From a virus (lineage: Duplodnaviria > Caudoviricetes): a DNA stretch of 64,000 bases. The notes under the pieces were generated by a model. It was not told the DNA's origin. It ran no database searches and saw only the letters and a program-made list of their open reading frames with translations. The stretch is taken from IMG/VR virus record IMGVR_UViG_3300001525_000609, positions 1-64,000 of that record; one strand, written 5' to 3'. Position 1 is the first letter of the stretch. Every line of letters begins with the position of its first letter. The translations under genes were made by a program, and so were the position numbers. Below, one piece after another: positions 19,064 through 28,150 of the stretch.

Positions 19064-19071
19064 AGCTAAAA

Positions 19072-19087
19072 GAGGGGCGGGCCCCTC
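19072..19087. terminator. GC hairpin at the convergence of capsid and HNH genes
   Basis: GAGGGG-CGGG-CCCCTC followed by a T-run. Confidence 0.55.
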
Positions 19088-19092
19088 CCCCC

Positions 19093-19536
19093 TCAAACTT
19101 TTTTCTTTACGGGCGTTTTTATAGCATCTTCAACAGACCAACCGTCATCGATACGATGGATTATTGTCGATGAAGATATCCCGTACAATCTGCTCCATTG
19201 TGCCAATGTTTTGATGTGCCCATCTACGACATAATATTTGGCTGTGGTGCGGTTGTTCGCCTGAGCTTTACGTGACACCCAGCGCAAGTTCGCAGGATAG
19301 TAGCCTTTCTTATTGTTGATCCTATCGAGTGTGAGGTCATTCCTATACCCATGTGCGATAGCCCAATCATAGAATGCAAAGAAATCCTCATGCCACTCTT
19401 CGCATACTGTTATGCCTCTTGCACCATACTTGCCATAATCTTTGCATGAAGTGTTGAAACACCGCTTATTCATGCTACGCCATATCTCCCTCAGCCGTTT
19501 GTATTCAGGAGATGCCGTATCATATTTTTCTGTCAT
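19093..19536 (-). CDS. HNH homing endonuclease
   Basis: YGARGITVCEEW...LTLDRINNKKGYYPANLRW...QANN with a C-terminal HTH-like segment. Confidence 0.9.
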   Translation of the reverse strand: MTEKYDTASPEYKRLREIWRSMNKRCFNTSCKDYGKYGARGITVCEEWHEDFFAFYDWAIAHGYRNDLTLDRINNKKGYYPANLRWVSRKAQANNRTTAKYYVVDGHIKTLAQWSRLYGISSSTIIHRIDDGWSVEDAIKTPVKKKV

Positions 19537-20143
19537 CGCCTATCGCCTCCAACAGCTTGCACCATTTTTCATAGAATCCAGGATATATGAACGAGACATC
19601 TGCTTCCCCTATGCTGAAATGGACTCTGTCGTTCTTGGATACTTCGACATAAGATATGGGCAATTGGCATCTCATGTATGTGAGATAGAATGTCATTTTG
19701 AATGATGACACAGAATCCGCCATAACATCCAGTTCGAAATCCATCGTTATGAATATCCCCGAGCCGATAGGTATCGAGCTGCTTCCCCCGCAATCGATGA
19801 TACGTGAAGATAGCAAGTGTATCGCAGATTCTCTGGCTTCATCATAAGTATGCCCTTCAATCAAGCCTGTGGTGTGCCAATACCACAATGCTTTGAGGAG
19901 GTTATGCTGATATTTGGAACCTGCAAATGCGATGACAGATACGAAAGAATCATCACAGACCAAGTCTTCATCTTCTCCATCCATCACAGGATATTCAAAG
20001 GGGTCTGAATCGAGATCCATATTCGGATTGAAGCTTATCTCAACATCATCATCGATCTTGGTCATCTGAAAAGACCTCTTGCAAAGACATACGGTCTGAC
20101 GCATCAACAGGTTTGCGACCTCTTGAAAATGCGGTCGCAGCAA
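19520..20143 (-). CDS. Hypothetical protein
   Basis: ORF coupled to its neighbours; the real start is probably about 20074 (MTKIDD). Confidence 0.5.
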   Translation of the reverse strand: MLRPHFQEVANLLMRQTVCLCKRSFQMTKIDDDVEISFNPNMDLDSDPFEYPVMDGEDEDLVCDDSFVSVIAFAGSKYQHNLLKALWYWHTTGLIEGHTYDEARESAIHLLSSRIIDCGGSSSIPIGSGIFITMDFELDVMADSVSSFKMTFYLTYMRCQLPISYVEVSKNDRVHFSIGEADVSFIYPGFYEKWCKLLEAIGDDRKI

Positions 20144-20261
20144 ATGCGCATAAACGGCAATCTACGTCATCGCACGGGCATCCTGTCACGATGCAAGACT
20201 GGCTTATCCTTCCCTTGACCACGCGCACCTCACGATAGTAATCTTTCGGAGATATGCTCAT
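20049..20261 (-). CDS. Small Cys-rich (zinc-binding) protein
   Basis: CIVTGC...CRLC; ATGA overlap with the upstream gene. Confidence 0.5.
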   Translation of the reverse strand: MSISPKDYYREVRVVKGRISQSCIVTGCPCDDVDCRLCAFAATAFSRGRKPVDASDRMSLQEVFSDDQDR

Positions 20262-20851
20262 TCCAATTCCTCTCTAAAATAGTCTGATTTATTCTTGGAC
20301 GGTGTTTCATCATCTTTATCAGGCACATCACGCCCCACTTCCTTACGGGTCTCACGATCTATAGGGATACGCATTATTTCGCAATCCTCTAATTCATCCC
20401 AATCTACACCTATATCGAGATCTACATTGTCTTCGTTCGATTCTTCAGGCTCTATGGTCACAAATTTCGTTCTTCCAGGGGCAGGTATCGCAACGATATC
20501 CTTCATATGCTTCACAGGCGCATAGTCCAGAGACTCTAATTCCCTATCTTCTGCATCGACAATATTGTTCTGGGGGGAGAGATCGCCTTGATCAAAATCA
20601 AGGCGGTCCTCATCACCCTCTCTTTCAAAATACTCGGATAATTCACTGTTGGCCACAGCATCGCTTTTCAGATAGCCTGCTTCATCACGAACGGGAGTGA
20701 TCATCACATCCACGTATGACCCGGGCAAGATGTTCAACGCACGGCATGGGCGCGTAACACGAATGATCAGGTCATGCTCCTGCTGTTTAGCTACCCTTGC
20801 CCTGAACTTCATCGATGCCATAATCTGCCTTGGGGGAACGGTTGCACTCAC
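20258..20851 (-). CDS. AbrB/SpoVT-like N-terminal domain protein with acidic tail
   Basis: FRARVAKQQEHDLIIRVTRPCRALNILPGSYVDVMI has the swapped-hairpin pattern. Confidence 0.5.
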   Translation of the reverse strand: MSATVPPRQIMASMKFRARVAKQQEHDLIIRVTRPCRALNILPGSYVDVMITPVRDEAGYLKSDAVANSELSEYFEREGDEDRLDFDQGDLSPQNNIVDAEDRELESLDYAPVKHMKDIVAIPAPGRTKFVTIEPEESNEDNVDLDIGVDWDELEDCEIMRIPIDRETRKEVGRDVPDKDDETPSKNKSDYFREELE

Positions 20852-21291
20852 TTCTTGTCGGTAGACCCGAGTCCGCCATTGCGATCCCGGGTCGGTACGA
20901 TTTCATCTTCAAGGAACAGGAATGGTACGAACATTCCCTGCATGTATGCCTTGCCTTTGGGTATGCATATGTCTTCATCAGCGCACAGGGAGCATTGTAT
21001 CTCGTCGCGATAATCCTGGTCGATGATGCCGACAGTATCGGCCAACCTGACTTTGTATTTGAACCCCAAGCCCGAACGGGGATACAGCATAAGAGCCCAA
21101 CTTGTAATCTCGTCCCTCCAACGGGGAGTGCAGTTGATCCTGAGCCTCTCTGTGCCGTCCAAAGATACACCTGTACCGAATGTTGTCCACTCACCTGCTT
21201 TAAGATGTATATCTGCTGGGGCAAAGAAATCATAGCACGCGCTTCCTTTAGTTGCCCTTGCAGGCATCTCGACTCCTTCCTTAGTCTTCAT
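20848..21291 (-). CDS. dut: Trimeric dUTPase
   Basis: Five motifs: SACYDF, PRSGL, GIIDQDYR, MQGMF, RNGGLGST. Confidence 0.95.
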   Translation of the reverse strand: MKTKEGVEMPARATKGSACYDFFAPADIHLKAGEWTTFGTGVSLDGTERLRINCTPRWRDEITSWALMLYPRSGLGFKYKVRLADTVGIIDQDYRDEIQCSLCADEDICIPKGKAYMQGMFVPFLFLEDEIVPTRDRNGGLGSTDKK

Positions 21292-21970
21292 CTGATCTCT
21301 CCTCCTGTTCTTCTCCTAAATCATCATCCAACACAGATTGGCCTTCCTCGGCATCGATCTTGGCTTTAGCTTCCGCGATCATCTCCACAAGGTCCTGATC
21401 CATCGCGGCGACATTGTAATATTTAGCTGGGGGCTTCTTCCTCAGAGCTTTCATAACGAGTTCATTGAGCTTACGTGCGGTTGCAGGATCGAGCCTGTTA
21501 TAGGGGGTGGTGATGCACACGCCCCCTACCCCGTCACCCATTATAGCGCCATTGAACAGCGTGCCTGCGAATTGCAAAGGCTCGACATCCCATGTATACT
21601 TGTAAATGACGTCCAGCGACACATCTACGTCGTCATGCCATACATCTTTCTTGTACAGCTTCCCATTGACGATCTTATCTTCAAGCTGTGCCGCGATAAT
21701 CTTGCTCTTGACCCCCTCATCCGTGAAGCAAGGATGCAATGCGAGCTTAATGCCCAACTCTGCATTCTTGACAGCGAACCCCGCCTCCATGAGGCCTATG
21801 ACATCTCCGCCCCAATAGCCCCCTTCAGGGTATTCGCACGGGGCGCGTATAGACATGATCACTTCATCGCCATCCAGCAGGCCGAGCATCTTGCATTCGT
21901 GACCGATGCTCACCCTGTATTGACCGTGGCCATTATCATGAATCTTTTTCACTAATCCTACTACAATCAT
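21281..21970 (-). CDS. AbrB-like N-terminal domain protein
   Basis: KKIHDNGHGQYRVSIGHECKMLGLLDGDEVIMSI. Confidence 0.55.
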   Translation of the reverse strand: MIVVGLVKKIHDNGHGQYRVSIGHECKMLGLLDGDEVIMSIRAPCEYPEGGYWGGDVIGLMEAGFAVKNAELGIKLALHPCFTDEGVKSKIIAAQLEDKIVNGKLYKKDVWHDDVDVSLDVIYKYTWDVEPLQFAGTLFNGAIMGDGVGGVCITTPYNRLDPATARKLNELVMKALRKKPPAKYYNVAAMDQDLVEMIAEAKAKIDAEEGQSVLDDDLGEEQEERSDED

Positions 21971-23031
21971 TCATTATCCCCCTTGAAATCAAGAACACAC
22001 TGTGTGGTTTCCTTCTTCCACGTCTTGTCGATGAACATCGCCCTGAATATCGCCGTCCAGCAAGGGACTGCACTGGAAGCCGCAGCTACACGATACAACA
22101 TGCCGTCAGACAGCCCCGCATCTTTTACCTTCTGGAACTCCACGTCGGTGTACCCCTGGAGCCTCCAGAATTCAAGAGGTGAGAACCGTCTGATCCTCAA
22201 GTTCCCTCTGACTGCATCTTCCACATTGTGCCTGTCGCTGACAGTGACAGAGATATGGCGGTCATAATCAGGATCATCGGGTAAAGGCTGTATCAGGAAC
22301 GGCCCTACGGGGCGACGGTCTGAATAGACTGTTATGAAAGAGCTGAATTTAGTAGCATCAGTGGGCATCCATTCGGGAGTCAACACATCATGGTATCTCC
22401 TGAACTTCATCTCACGACCTGCGATCTCCTCATACGACAACCACAAGTCTTTCACTGCGTCTTCAGATTCAAGAACGTCTTTCAATATCCTGCCATCTGG
22501 ACAAGGCTCAGGGAATATGAACTCCCCGTGATGCAGCGATGCTACCATGAACCATCTTCTGCGGTTCTGAGGCACCCCATAGTCGCTGGTATTCAAGACT
22601 TCGTACGATATCTCATACCCGAGGTCCTTTATCTCTTTGATAAAGAGATTGAAGAATCTGGAATATCTGCTGCTTAAGAGAAAAGGCGTAGACTCTGCAC
22701 AGATGTACTCCGGAAGATTGCCCTCGGACCTCGCACTCTCTAACAGATCTATAACGAACCATGCAAGCGATGCTTTAGTATCCCTGCCCTTGCGATTGAG
22801 AGGAGCGATCTTCAACGTCGGCCAATCGAAGAACAGAAGATCTGCACTAGGCATCGACGTCATATCTGATACGTCATCATAGCTCAAGACATCGCCATGC
22901 AATGCCTTGTATCCTTCGAGTATCTGCGGATACGACTCGCATACGATATCATCATGTTCGACCCCTGCACGATCGAGTGCAGTCTCGGCACCGCCTATCC
23001 CTGAGAACACATCAAATAGCTTCAGCGTCAT
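21967..23031 (-). CDS. C5-cytosine DNA methyltransferase homologue lacking the catalytic Cys
   Basis: Motif I FSGIGG, motif VIII YGVPQNRRR and motif IX RRFSPLEFWRLQGY are present. Motif IV reads DWPT instead of GxPC, and motif VI reads AEST instead of ENV. Confidence 0.85.
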   Translation of the reverse strand: MTLKLFDVFSGIGGAETALDRAGVEHDDIVCESYPQILEGYKALHGDVLSYDDVSDMTSMPSADLLFFDWPTLKIAPLNRKGRDTKASLAWFVIDLLESARSEGNLPEYICAESTPFLLSSRYSRFFNLFIKEIKDLGYEISYEVLNTSDYGVPQNRRRWFMVASLHHGEFIFPEPCPDGRILKDVLESEDAVKDLWLSYEEIAGREMKFRRYHDVLTPEWMPTDATKFSSFITVYSDRRPVGPFLIQPLPDDPDYDRHISVTVSDRHNVEDAVRGNLRIRRFSPLEFWRLQGYTDVEFQKVKDAGLSDGMLYRVAAASSAVPCWTAIFRAMFIDKTWKKETTQCVLDFKGDNE

Positions 23032-23033
23032 GT

Positions 23034-23315
23034 TCACTCCATATTGTCTGCCGCATTCCATTCGTGATTATACAACGCATTGACATCAAGGCTGATATCT
23101 GCCCATTGGGTGACATATTCCGTAGGCAGAGGTGCCGAGCCGGTATGCATGAATTGCAGGTGGTTAGAAGTTCTGTTCAGCTTGATGACGATATCATGGT
23201 CTCTTATTCTAGATGAGAGAATATGGCCATCTTCGAGCAGCTTCAATGCATCAGAGCCTCTGGGCATCGTACACCCCCTTGTCGTTAGCCGCATCGTAGA
23301 ACCAGCCCATATCAT
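23034..23315 (-). CDS. Small protein, distant DUF2829-like
   Basis: DALKLLEDGHIL...NALYNHEW resembles the family pattern EAL..LK.G...DLLA.DW. Confidence 0.35.
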   Translation of the reverse strand: MIWAGSTMRLTTRGCTMPRGSDALKLLEDGHILSSRIRDHDIVIKLNRTSNHLQFMHTGSAPLPTEYVTQWADISLDVNALYNHEWNAADNME

Positions 23316-23853
23316 TGAGTTTGAGCATCTGGTATAGAATCGTGTCTCCGGTTATATCGCAAGTGCCTTCTTCCTTTAAAGTCTCGATCGCGTCATTCCT
23401 CAGAGCCATATATGCGCGTGTGTTGAAGTGAAGCAGATCTTCTACTTCATCGCATACCACCCAGGGCGTATTGTAGATAGAGTCGATGACATCGACCGAT
23501 GTCAACGCCCAAACATCTTTGGGGATAAGATCGGTCGGGACTGTGAGGGCTACGTATATGCTCTTGCTGGTATACTTTTCATCCTGTTTGACAAGGCGCA
23601 TAGGGTCCAGTGCCAAGTACACGGGGTCAGAGCCATCATGCGGGACAGATTTCATAATGTGTCCAGACTCCAGATAGCTAAGCACAGTGGCTCCGCAGAC
23701 TTCCTTGTTCTTCATCTCCTCAGAGGTGTCGAGCGATATGTAGACTGAATTATGCTCTTTTAAGCCCAATTGCTTCGCCTCTGACGACAAGACGACAACG
23801 AGCGAGTTGCCTTGTTTTTTCAGTACCTTGCGGATAGCTTCAAATCCCTTCAT
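23251..23853 (-). CDS. AbrB-like domain fused to a domain paralogous to 23034-23315
   Basis: N-terminal RKVLKKQGNSLVVVLSSEAKQLGL; central VLSYLESGHIMKS...DSIYNTPW. Confidence 0.6.
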   Translation of the reverse strand: MKGFEAIRKVLKKQGNSLVVVLSSEAKQLGLKEHNSVYISLDTSEEMKNKEVCGATVLSYLESGHIMKSVPHDGSDPVYLALDPMRLVKQDEKYTSKSIYVALTVPTDLIPKDVWALTSVDVIDSIYNTPWVVCDEVEDLLHFNTRAYMALRNDAIETLKEEGTCDITGDTILYQMLKLNDMGWFYDAANDKGVYDAQRL

Positions 23854-23930
23854 AGTATTACTTTGTATTACTCATATATATTTATGAGTTTCGAAAATAA
23901 ATATTGAATTGAAATACAATGTAATTGAGG

Positions 23931-24003
23931 TAGTCCTGCTCGGATTCGAACCGAGGTCGCCTGATCCAAAGTCAGGAACGATTGACCGCTACGCCACAGG
24001 ACT
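23931..24003 (-). tRNA. tRNA-Gln(UUG), no encoded CCA, no intron
   Basis: Acceptor AGTCCTG/CAGGACT plus discriminator A; anticodon arm CCTGA-CTTTGGA-TCAGG; T arm CTCGG-TTCGAAT-CCGAG. The A1-U72 pair is typical of archaeal tRNA-Gln. Confidence 0.95.
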
Positions 24004-24015
24004 ATGATAAGAAGT

Positions 24016-24180
24016 TTAGGCGGATCCATCTTCTCCGAGCACACACGTCAAGGCATTATCGAGCGTCTCCAACACTTCGCCTTCACGCACTGTGTAGCCT
24101 CCGTCGGCCTTGCAGCGCGCCAGAGCGTCTGCGAAGGCCCTCAGGGGGCCGTTGACGAATGCGTCCATGGTATTTGTCAT
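24016..24180 (-). CDS. Small hypothetical protein (54 aa), absent from the ORF track
   Basis: Read by eye: MTNTMDAFVNG...GEDGSA, stop TAA. Confidence 0.5.
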   Translation of the reverse strand: MTNTMDAFVNGPLRAFADALARCKADGGYTVREGEVLETLDNALTCVLGEDGSA

Positions 24181-24189
24181 GGTATCGCC

Positions 24190-24420
24190 TCAGAAGCCCC
24201 ATGCCGCAACGAGCAGCACAGCGTACAGCATCCATCCGACGATTCCGCCCACCAGGGACGAAGCCATCGCGCCCAGGCCCGCGTTGTCCTCGTCGTCCTT
24301 GTAGACGACGACCATCACGAGGCCGACCACCACAGCGAGAATCACACCGAACAGGCCCAGGGCGAACCCCATGACCAGTCCGAGGACTCCGCATATCAGA
24401 GCCATGTCTTTCGGTTCCAT
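24190..24420 (-). CDS. Small two-helix membrane protein
   Basis: MEPKDMALICGVLG...; two hydrophobic segments. Confidence 0.6.
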   Translation of the reverse strand: MEPKDMALICGVLGLVMGFALGLFGVILAVVVGLVMVVVYKDDEDNAGLGAMASSLVGGIVGWMLYAVLLVAAWGF

Positions 24421-24422
24421 TC

Positions 24423-24689
24423 TCATTCCTCCAAGTCGTAATCCTCTTCCCAGGATATATTGCATGCGTCTTCGGGCATGCCCGTGTTCTCGCAGAAGCG
24501 CTTCCACGCTTTCTCCATGCGCTCCTCTCCCGTGTCCCCGGAGAGGAACAGGTCCGCTTCCTCTATGAGGTCTCTGAACTCTTTGGCGAGCCCTGCGACC
24601 TGCGTGTTGACAAGCTTGTTCTCGTCCCTTCTGAGGGCATAGAGCCAATCGCCTATCATGTATGTCCATTCCAATGTTCCACCGCTCAT
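24423..24689 (-). CDS. Hypothetical protein
   Basis: ATGA overlap with the upstream gene; LSGDTGE motif; acidic end. Confidence 0.55.
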   Translation of the reverse strand: MSGGTLEWTYMIGDWLYALRRDENKLVNTQVAGLAKEFRDLIEEADLFLSGDTGEERMEKAWKRFCENTGMPEDACNISWEEDYDLEE

Positions 24690-25345
24690 TCTTCCACCTT
24701 GTACCAATCGTCCGCCCATACGTCCTCAGGAGTTATGCCCGAGGATATGTACTGGTCGGTGTACACGCTCAGATAGCCGTGCTTGTCGCGCATCTCCGCG
24801 TCCGCAGGCCATGCCTTGCGCCTGAACTTCTCCGGGCTGATGCCCGATTCGATTCCTTTGAGCACCCAGCCGAACTGCCCCTCCTCGATGCAGTCGCGCA
24901 CGCAGAGCCAATCGTCCGCGACCTCGTCGGCAAGGGTCCACGAGTCGCGCAGATAGCCCCCGACGGCGGGAGACCTGCCCTTGAGCGGGCCGTCCCAGAA
25001 CAGGGCATAGCCCTTCGGCCATGCCTCGCGCCTGAAGTATATGGGCTCGGTGCCCTTGACGAGGTCCAGCGTGCTCTTGACTATCCGCAAGGTGTAGTGC
25101 GGCAGGGTCTCGGGCATCGCCACCCAATCGTCTGCCAGCATATCGGTCTGGCTGGCGAGCCAGGGCACCCTGTCGAAGGTGCCGTCTTCATGCTCTATCT
25201 CCATGTAGATATACGGCTTGGTCATCTTGCTGAACTCTGTGGGGCGCTGGAGCTTTATCCATTGGCATTTGCCGTTCCAGCCCATGCGGTAGAAACGGGG
25301 CTCGCTCCATGTGTAGAATCCTTCCAGCACATCTGAGAAGTACAT
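24686..25345 (-). CDS. Three tandem DUF2829 (Tad2-like) domains
   Basis: First repeat is canonical (R.GWNGK.QWI...PYIY...PWLASQTDMLADDW). Two further repeats have RR.AW and end in ADDW. Confidence 0.8.
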   Translation of the reverse strand: MYFSDVLEGFYTWSEPRFYRMGWNGKCQWIKLQRPTEFSKMTKPYIYMEIEHEDGTFDRVPWLASQTDMLADDWVAMPETLPHYTLRIVKSTLDLVKGTEPIYFRREAWPKGYALFWDGPLKGRSPAVGGYLRDSWTLADEVADDWLCVRDCIEEGQFGWVLKGIESGISPEKFRRKAWPADAEMRDKHGYLSVYTDQYISSGITPEDVWADDWYKVEE

Positions 25346-25349
25346 CCCA

Positions 25350-25748
25350 TCAGCTCCCGTACTTCGACAGTATCGCATCGATCTGCGCTTGCACGTTCGA
25401 CATGTCCGACTGAATCGAGTTGGAGAGATAGGCTTCCATGATCATGCAAGCCAGCATGCAGATCAGCGTTGCTGCCACAAAGGTTCCGACAGTCCAGATA
25501 CGAGAATCGACATCACGTTTCTTGACAACAGTCCATCTTCCACTAATGATGGTCTCTTCGCGTCCTGTGTATGAAATGTACAGCCATGATGAGAGCAGGG
25601 CAAGACCGAAGCCTATTACGGCACATGTCGCCAGCCAATAGGGCAATGCCGTCAAGTCTATGTGGTCTATGTTATACTGGAATTGAGCGAGCTGTCCTCT
25701 CAGCTCGCTCAGCCGCAGCCCGTCCTCATACGTTATGTTCATGTCCAT
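25350..25748 (-). CDS. Membrane protein (two TM helices)
   Basis: Two hydrophobic segments in a 132-aa ORF. Confidence 0.55.
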   Translation of the reverse strand: MDMNITYEDGLRLSELRGQLAQFQYNIDHIDLTALPYWLATCAVIGFGLALLSSWLYISYTGREETIISGRWTVVKKRDVDSRIWTVGTFVAATLICMLACMIMEAYLSNSIQSDMSNVQAQIDAILSKYGS

Positions 25749-25933
25749 TCTATCAACTCTTCATTTCTCTTCATTTCTCTTCATCTGAAGGATTGTCAGC
25801 GCGTCCCGTAGGTTCATTGGCTGTCTCTTCATCTCGACGAGGTCGTTGATGCATTTGCGCATGGCCCATGATGCGCCCACTAAGAATCCGCAAATGAACC
25901 ATACCAGCATCATAATGAGAGCTATATCATCGC

Positions 25934-26107
25934 TCATTCTTTGTACACTCCCGTCCTATGAAGCCAATGGTTGAACTCCCTGTCGCAGTCCCCGCATATC
26001 ATGAATGACCTGCCCAAGAGCTTCGCCCTTATGCGACGGTCCCTGTAATCGTAGTAGCTCATCTCCTTCTTGCAACGATCGCAATAATAGCGGACTACCC
26101 TGGTCAT
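25934..26107 (-). CDS. Small C4 zinc-finger protein (57 aa), absent from the ORF track
   Basis: Read by eye: YYCDRCKKE...MICGDC, stop TGA. Confidence 0.55.
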   Translation of the reverse strand: MTRVVRYYCDRCKKEMSYYDYRDRRIRAKLLGRSFMICGDCDREFNHWLHRTGVYKE

Positions 26108-26547
26108 TTCACCACCCTTTCGATTCGTCCCAATATTCGACTATGTGAACGGGGTTGATGTAGCGATGAACACCGTTCACGCTGACTCTGACTGTTCTTG
26201 TTGAGTGAATCGCCCCATGCAGGGCACTGACACCTTTTTCCCCTCCACCGCCGATACACGTGATGCGTTCTTCCTGCGTGACAATCTCTTCACCCGTGGA
26301 GAGCTTGATGTGGGTCGTCACCATTTCGCTTCACCCCCCTTAGCGAGGACCATCTGCTTGAGCTGGTCCTGTAAGGCATTGATGATCGTGGCAAGGCTGT
26401 CCGTATCGACCGCGATATGGATCTCATTCCCATCTGAATCCTTGAGCATCATGTGCGCGTAATCGGCACGGGTGGCAAAAGGGCTTATCTCGATCGTGCC
26501 TTCATCGAAGGTGCGGCCCATATATCTTGTACGGATCTCAGTGCAGG

Positions 26548-27063
26548 TCATTCATCCCCTCTCCATCTTGAATTCACCTTGCCCGCGAGCTTGCTCAGCC
26601 AACTGTTATCAGGGAAATCCACATCACTTGCATCCAAGAAGAACTGGAATCCGCACCTGCAACTGAGGGATATGTACTCTACATCATCAAGGGCCCCTGC
26701 ATAGTCTGTCTCGCATCTGTTCATCCACTCCACGTCATTGTTCTCTTCGGCAGTAATGCGGTCCGCAGCCCACATAGCGTTCTTCTTCGGATCAGCGATA
26801 TACTCATAATCAATCACCCTGTCCATCTCGCCAATAGGCGTACCTTCATCATCCATGAACATCAGGTCTTCGACAGTCAGCTGATATCCACAGATCGGAC
26901 ACCGTTTAAACGGTACGGGGTCGGCTTCCACATCGGCTTCTGCGCAGGGGCAGTGCTCGCACTCGTCCAGCTTGCAAGTTATCAGGTCCCTGTCTGTTAT
27001 GTCTTCTTCGATGTCCACGACGTGCTTGCAATCATGGCATTCTCTCTTCGGATACATCTTCAT
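26548..27063 (-). CDS. Cys-rich zinc-binding protein
   Basis: CHDC, CEHC, CPIC and CRC motifs; GAGGAG RBS before ATG 27063. Confidence 0.55.
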   Translation of the reverse strand: MKMYPKRECHDCKHVVDIEEDITDRDLITCKLDECEHCPCAEADVEADPVPFKRCPICGYQLTVEDLMFMDDEGTPIGEMDRVIDYEYIADPKKNAMWAADRITAEENNDVEWMNRCETDYAGALDDVEYISLSCRCGFQFFLDASDVDFPDNSWLSKLAGKVNSRWRGDE

Positions 27064-27120
27064 CTTCCATCTCCTCTTCAGTCTATGGCCTCTCTCCATC
27101 AGGGTCGTGGCCGCACCAGG

Positions 27121-27678
27121 TCACTCAGACTCCTCCTCCGCGTGCTCCAGCTTCACAAGCTCGACCGATAAAGATTCGATGAATCTCGCTTCATCTTCAT
27201 CTCCTGACTTGAGCGCATCGCTTACAGTCGAAGTATCGACCGAACCAGATTCTGAAAGTGCATCGACAACGAGCAGCTTGTAGAACTTGACCAGCTCTCT
27301 GAATGCCTGACGCAGATACGGGTTGCGCATTGCTTCTTCGACTCTGTCCTTGCCATGGACCTCGATGATGCCCGACATCGCGTCACCGAGGTAGTACTCT
27401 GCCGCATCGCCCCATGTCTTACCGAGCAACATGAGCCTGTCCATATCCTCAGTGCATTGGGGGCAGAGCAGATTGTATGTCATGTTTCCTTCAACGATCT
27501 GCTCGAATGACTTCGGGGGGTCAGGCGCGAAACTCCATCCGCATGATACGATCATGCACACATTCTTATCATCGCTCAGGCTCTCTCCCATCAGATTCAC
27601 ACCGAATGTGTGGCAATTCGCACAAAGGCATGTCTCATCCGTGCTCGTCGTGTAACGCATCATCACCTTTCTTGCCAT
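27121..27678 (-). CDS. Zinc-finger protein
   Basis: CANC...CPQC. Confidence 0.55.
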   Translation of the reverse strand: MARKVMMRYTTSTDETCLCANCHTFGVNLMGESLSDDKNVCMIVSCGWSFAPDPPKSFEQIVEGNMTYNLLCPQCTEDMDRLMLLGKTWGDAAEYYLGDAMSGIIEVHGKDRVEEAMRNPYLRQAFRELVKFYKLLVVDALSESGSVDTSTVSDALKSGDEDEARFIESLSVELVKLEHAEEESE

Positions 27679-27679
27679 C

Positions 27680-28150
27680 TTATTCCTCCTTCTTATCATC
27701 CATGATGCCCCTTTCGATAGCTAACGTCGCATTGGCCACTGCAGAGTTTATCGCCAGAAGGTCATCCAGCAAGATATTGGAGTGCTCTGCAAAGCGGTTC
27801 TTGATCTCAAGGTCCATGTGGCCTCTGCCGACAAGCGTGGCCAGGCTCTCGTAGAGGCCGTCTATGCTCGCTAGTATATGTTTGGATTCAGACAGGGCCA
27901 TGCCTATGGCCACCAGCGATTTGACTTCCTTAGAGGGGGGCTTGTCTGTGATATGCGCCAGTGTGTCTACGGCTTCATCTATTGCCCCAGATTCCATACC
28001 TGCTGCACTCAAGGCCTCGCGTGCAGATTCTTTCAGAAACTCGAAGAAATCTACACCCTCAGGCAAGCTCTTAGGCAAGGTCTTCTCGCCTACGATCTTG
28101 AACTCGTCTTCCGATCTCCTCTCGGAATTGTTCGGTTCCGTCTTGTCCAT
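27680..28150 (-). CDS. Helical hypothetical protein
   Basis: First gene after the AT-rich promoter-like segment at 28160-28260. Confidence 0.55.
   Translation of the reverse strand: MDKTEPNNSERRSEDEFKIVGEKTLPKSLPEGVDFFEFLKESAREALSAAGMESGAIDEAVDTLAHITDKPPSKEVKSLVAIGMALSESKHILASIDGLYESLATLVGRGHMDLEIKNRFAEHSNILLDDLLAINSAVANATLAIERGIMDDKKEE

Noticed and set aside
19093-19536. HNH gene as a novel system or packaging nuclease
   Set aside because: It has the ordinary free-standing homing-endonuclease pattern, is the last gene of the leftward arm, and has no link to the terminase.
27034-27124. 30-codon GTG-started mini-ORF containing a TAG (27085-27083) as a fourth recoding case
   Set aside because: It overlaps the next gene out of frame, gives no coupling on readthrough and has no recognisable motif, so it cannot be distinguished from chance.
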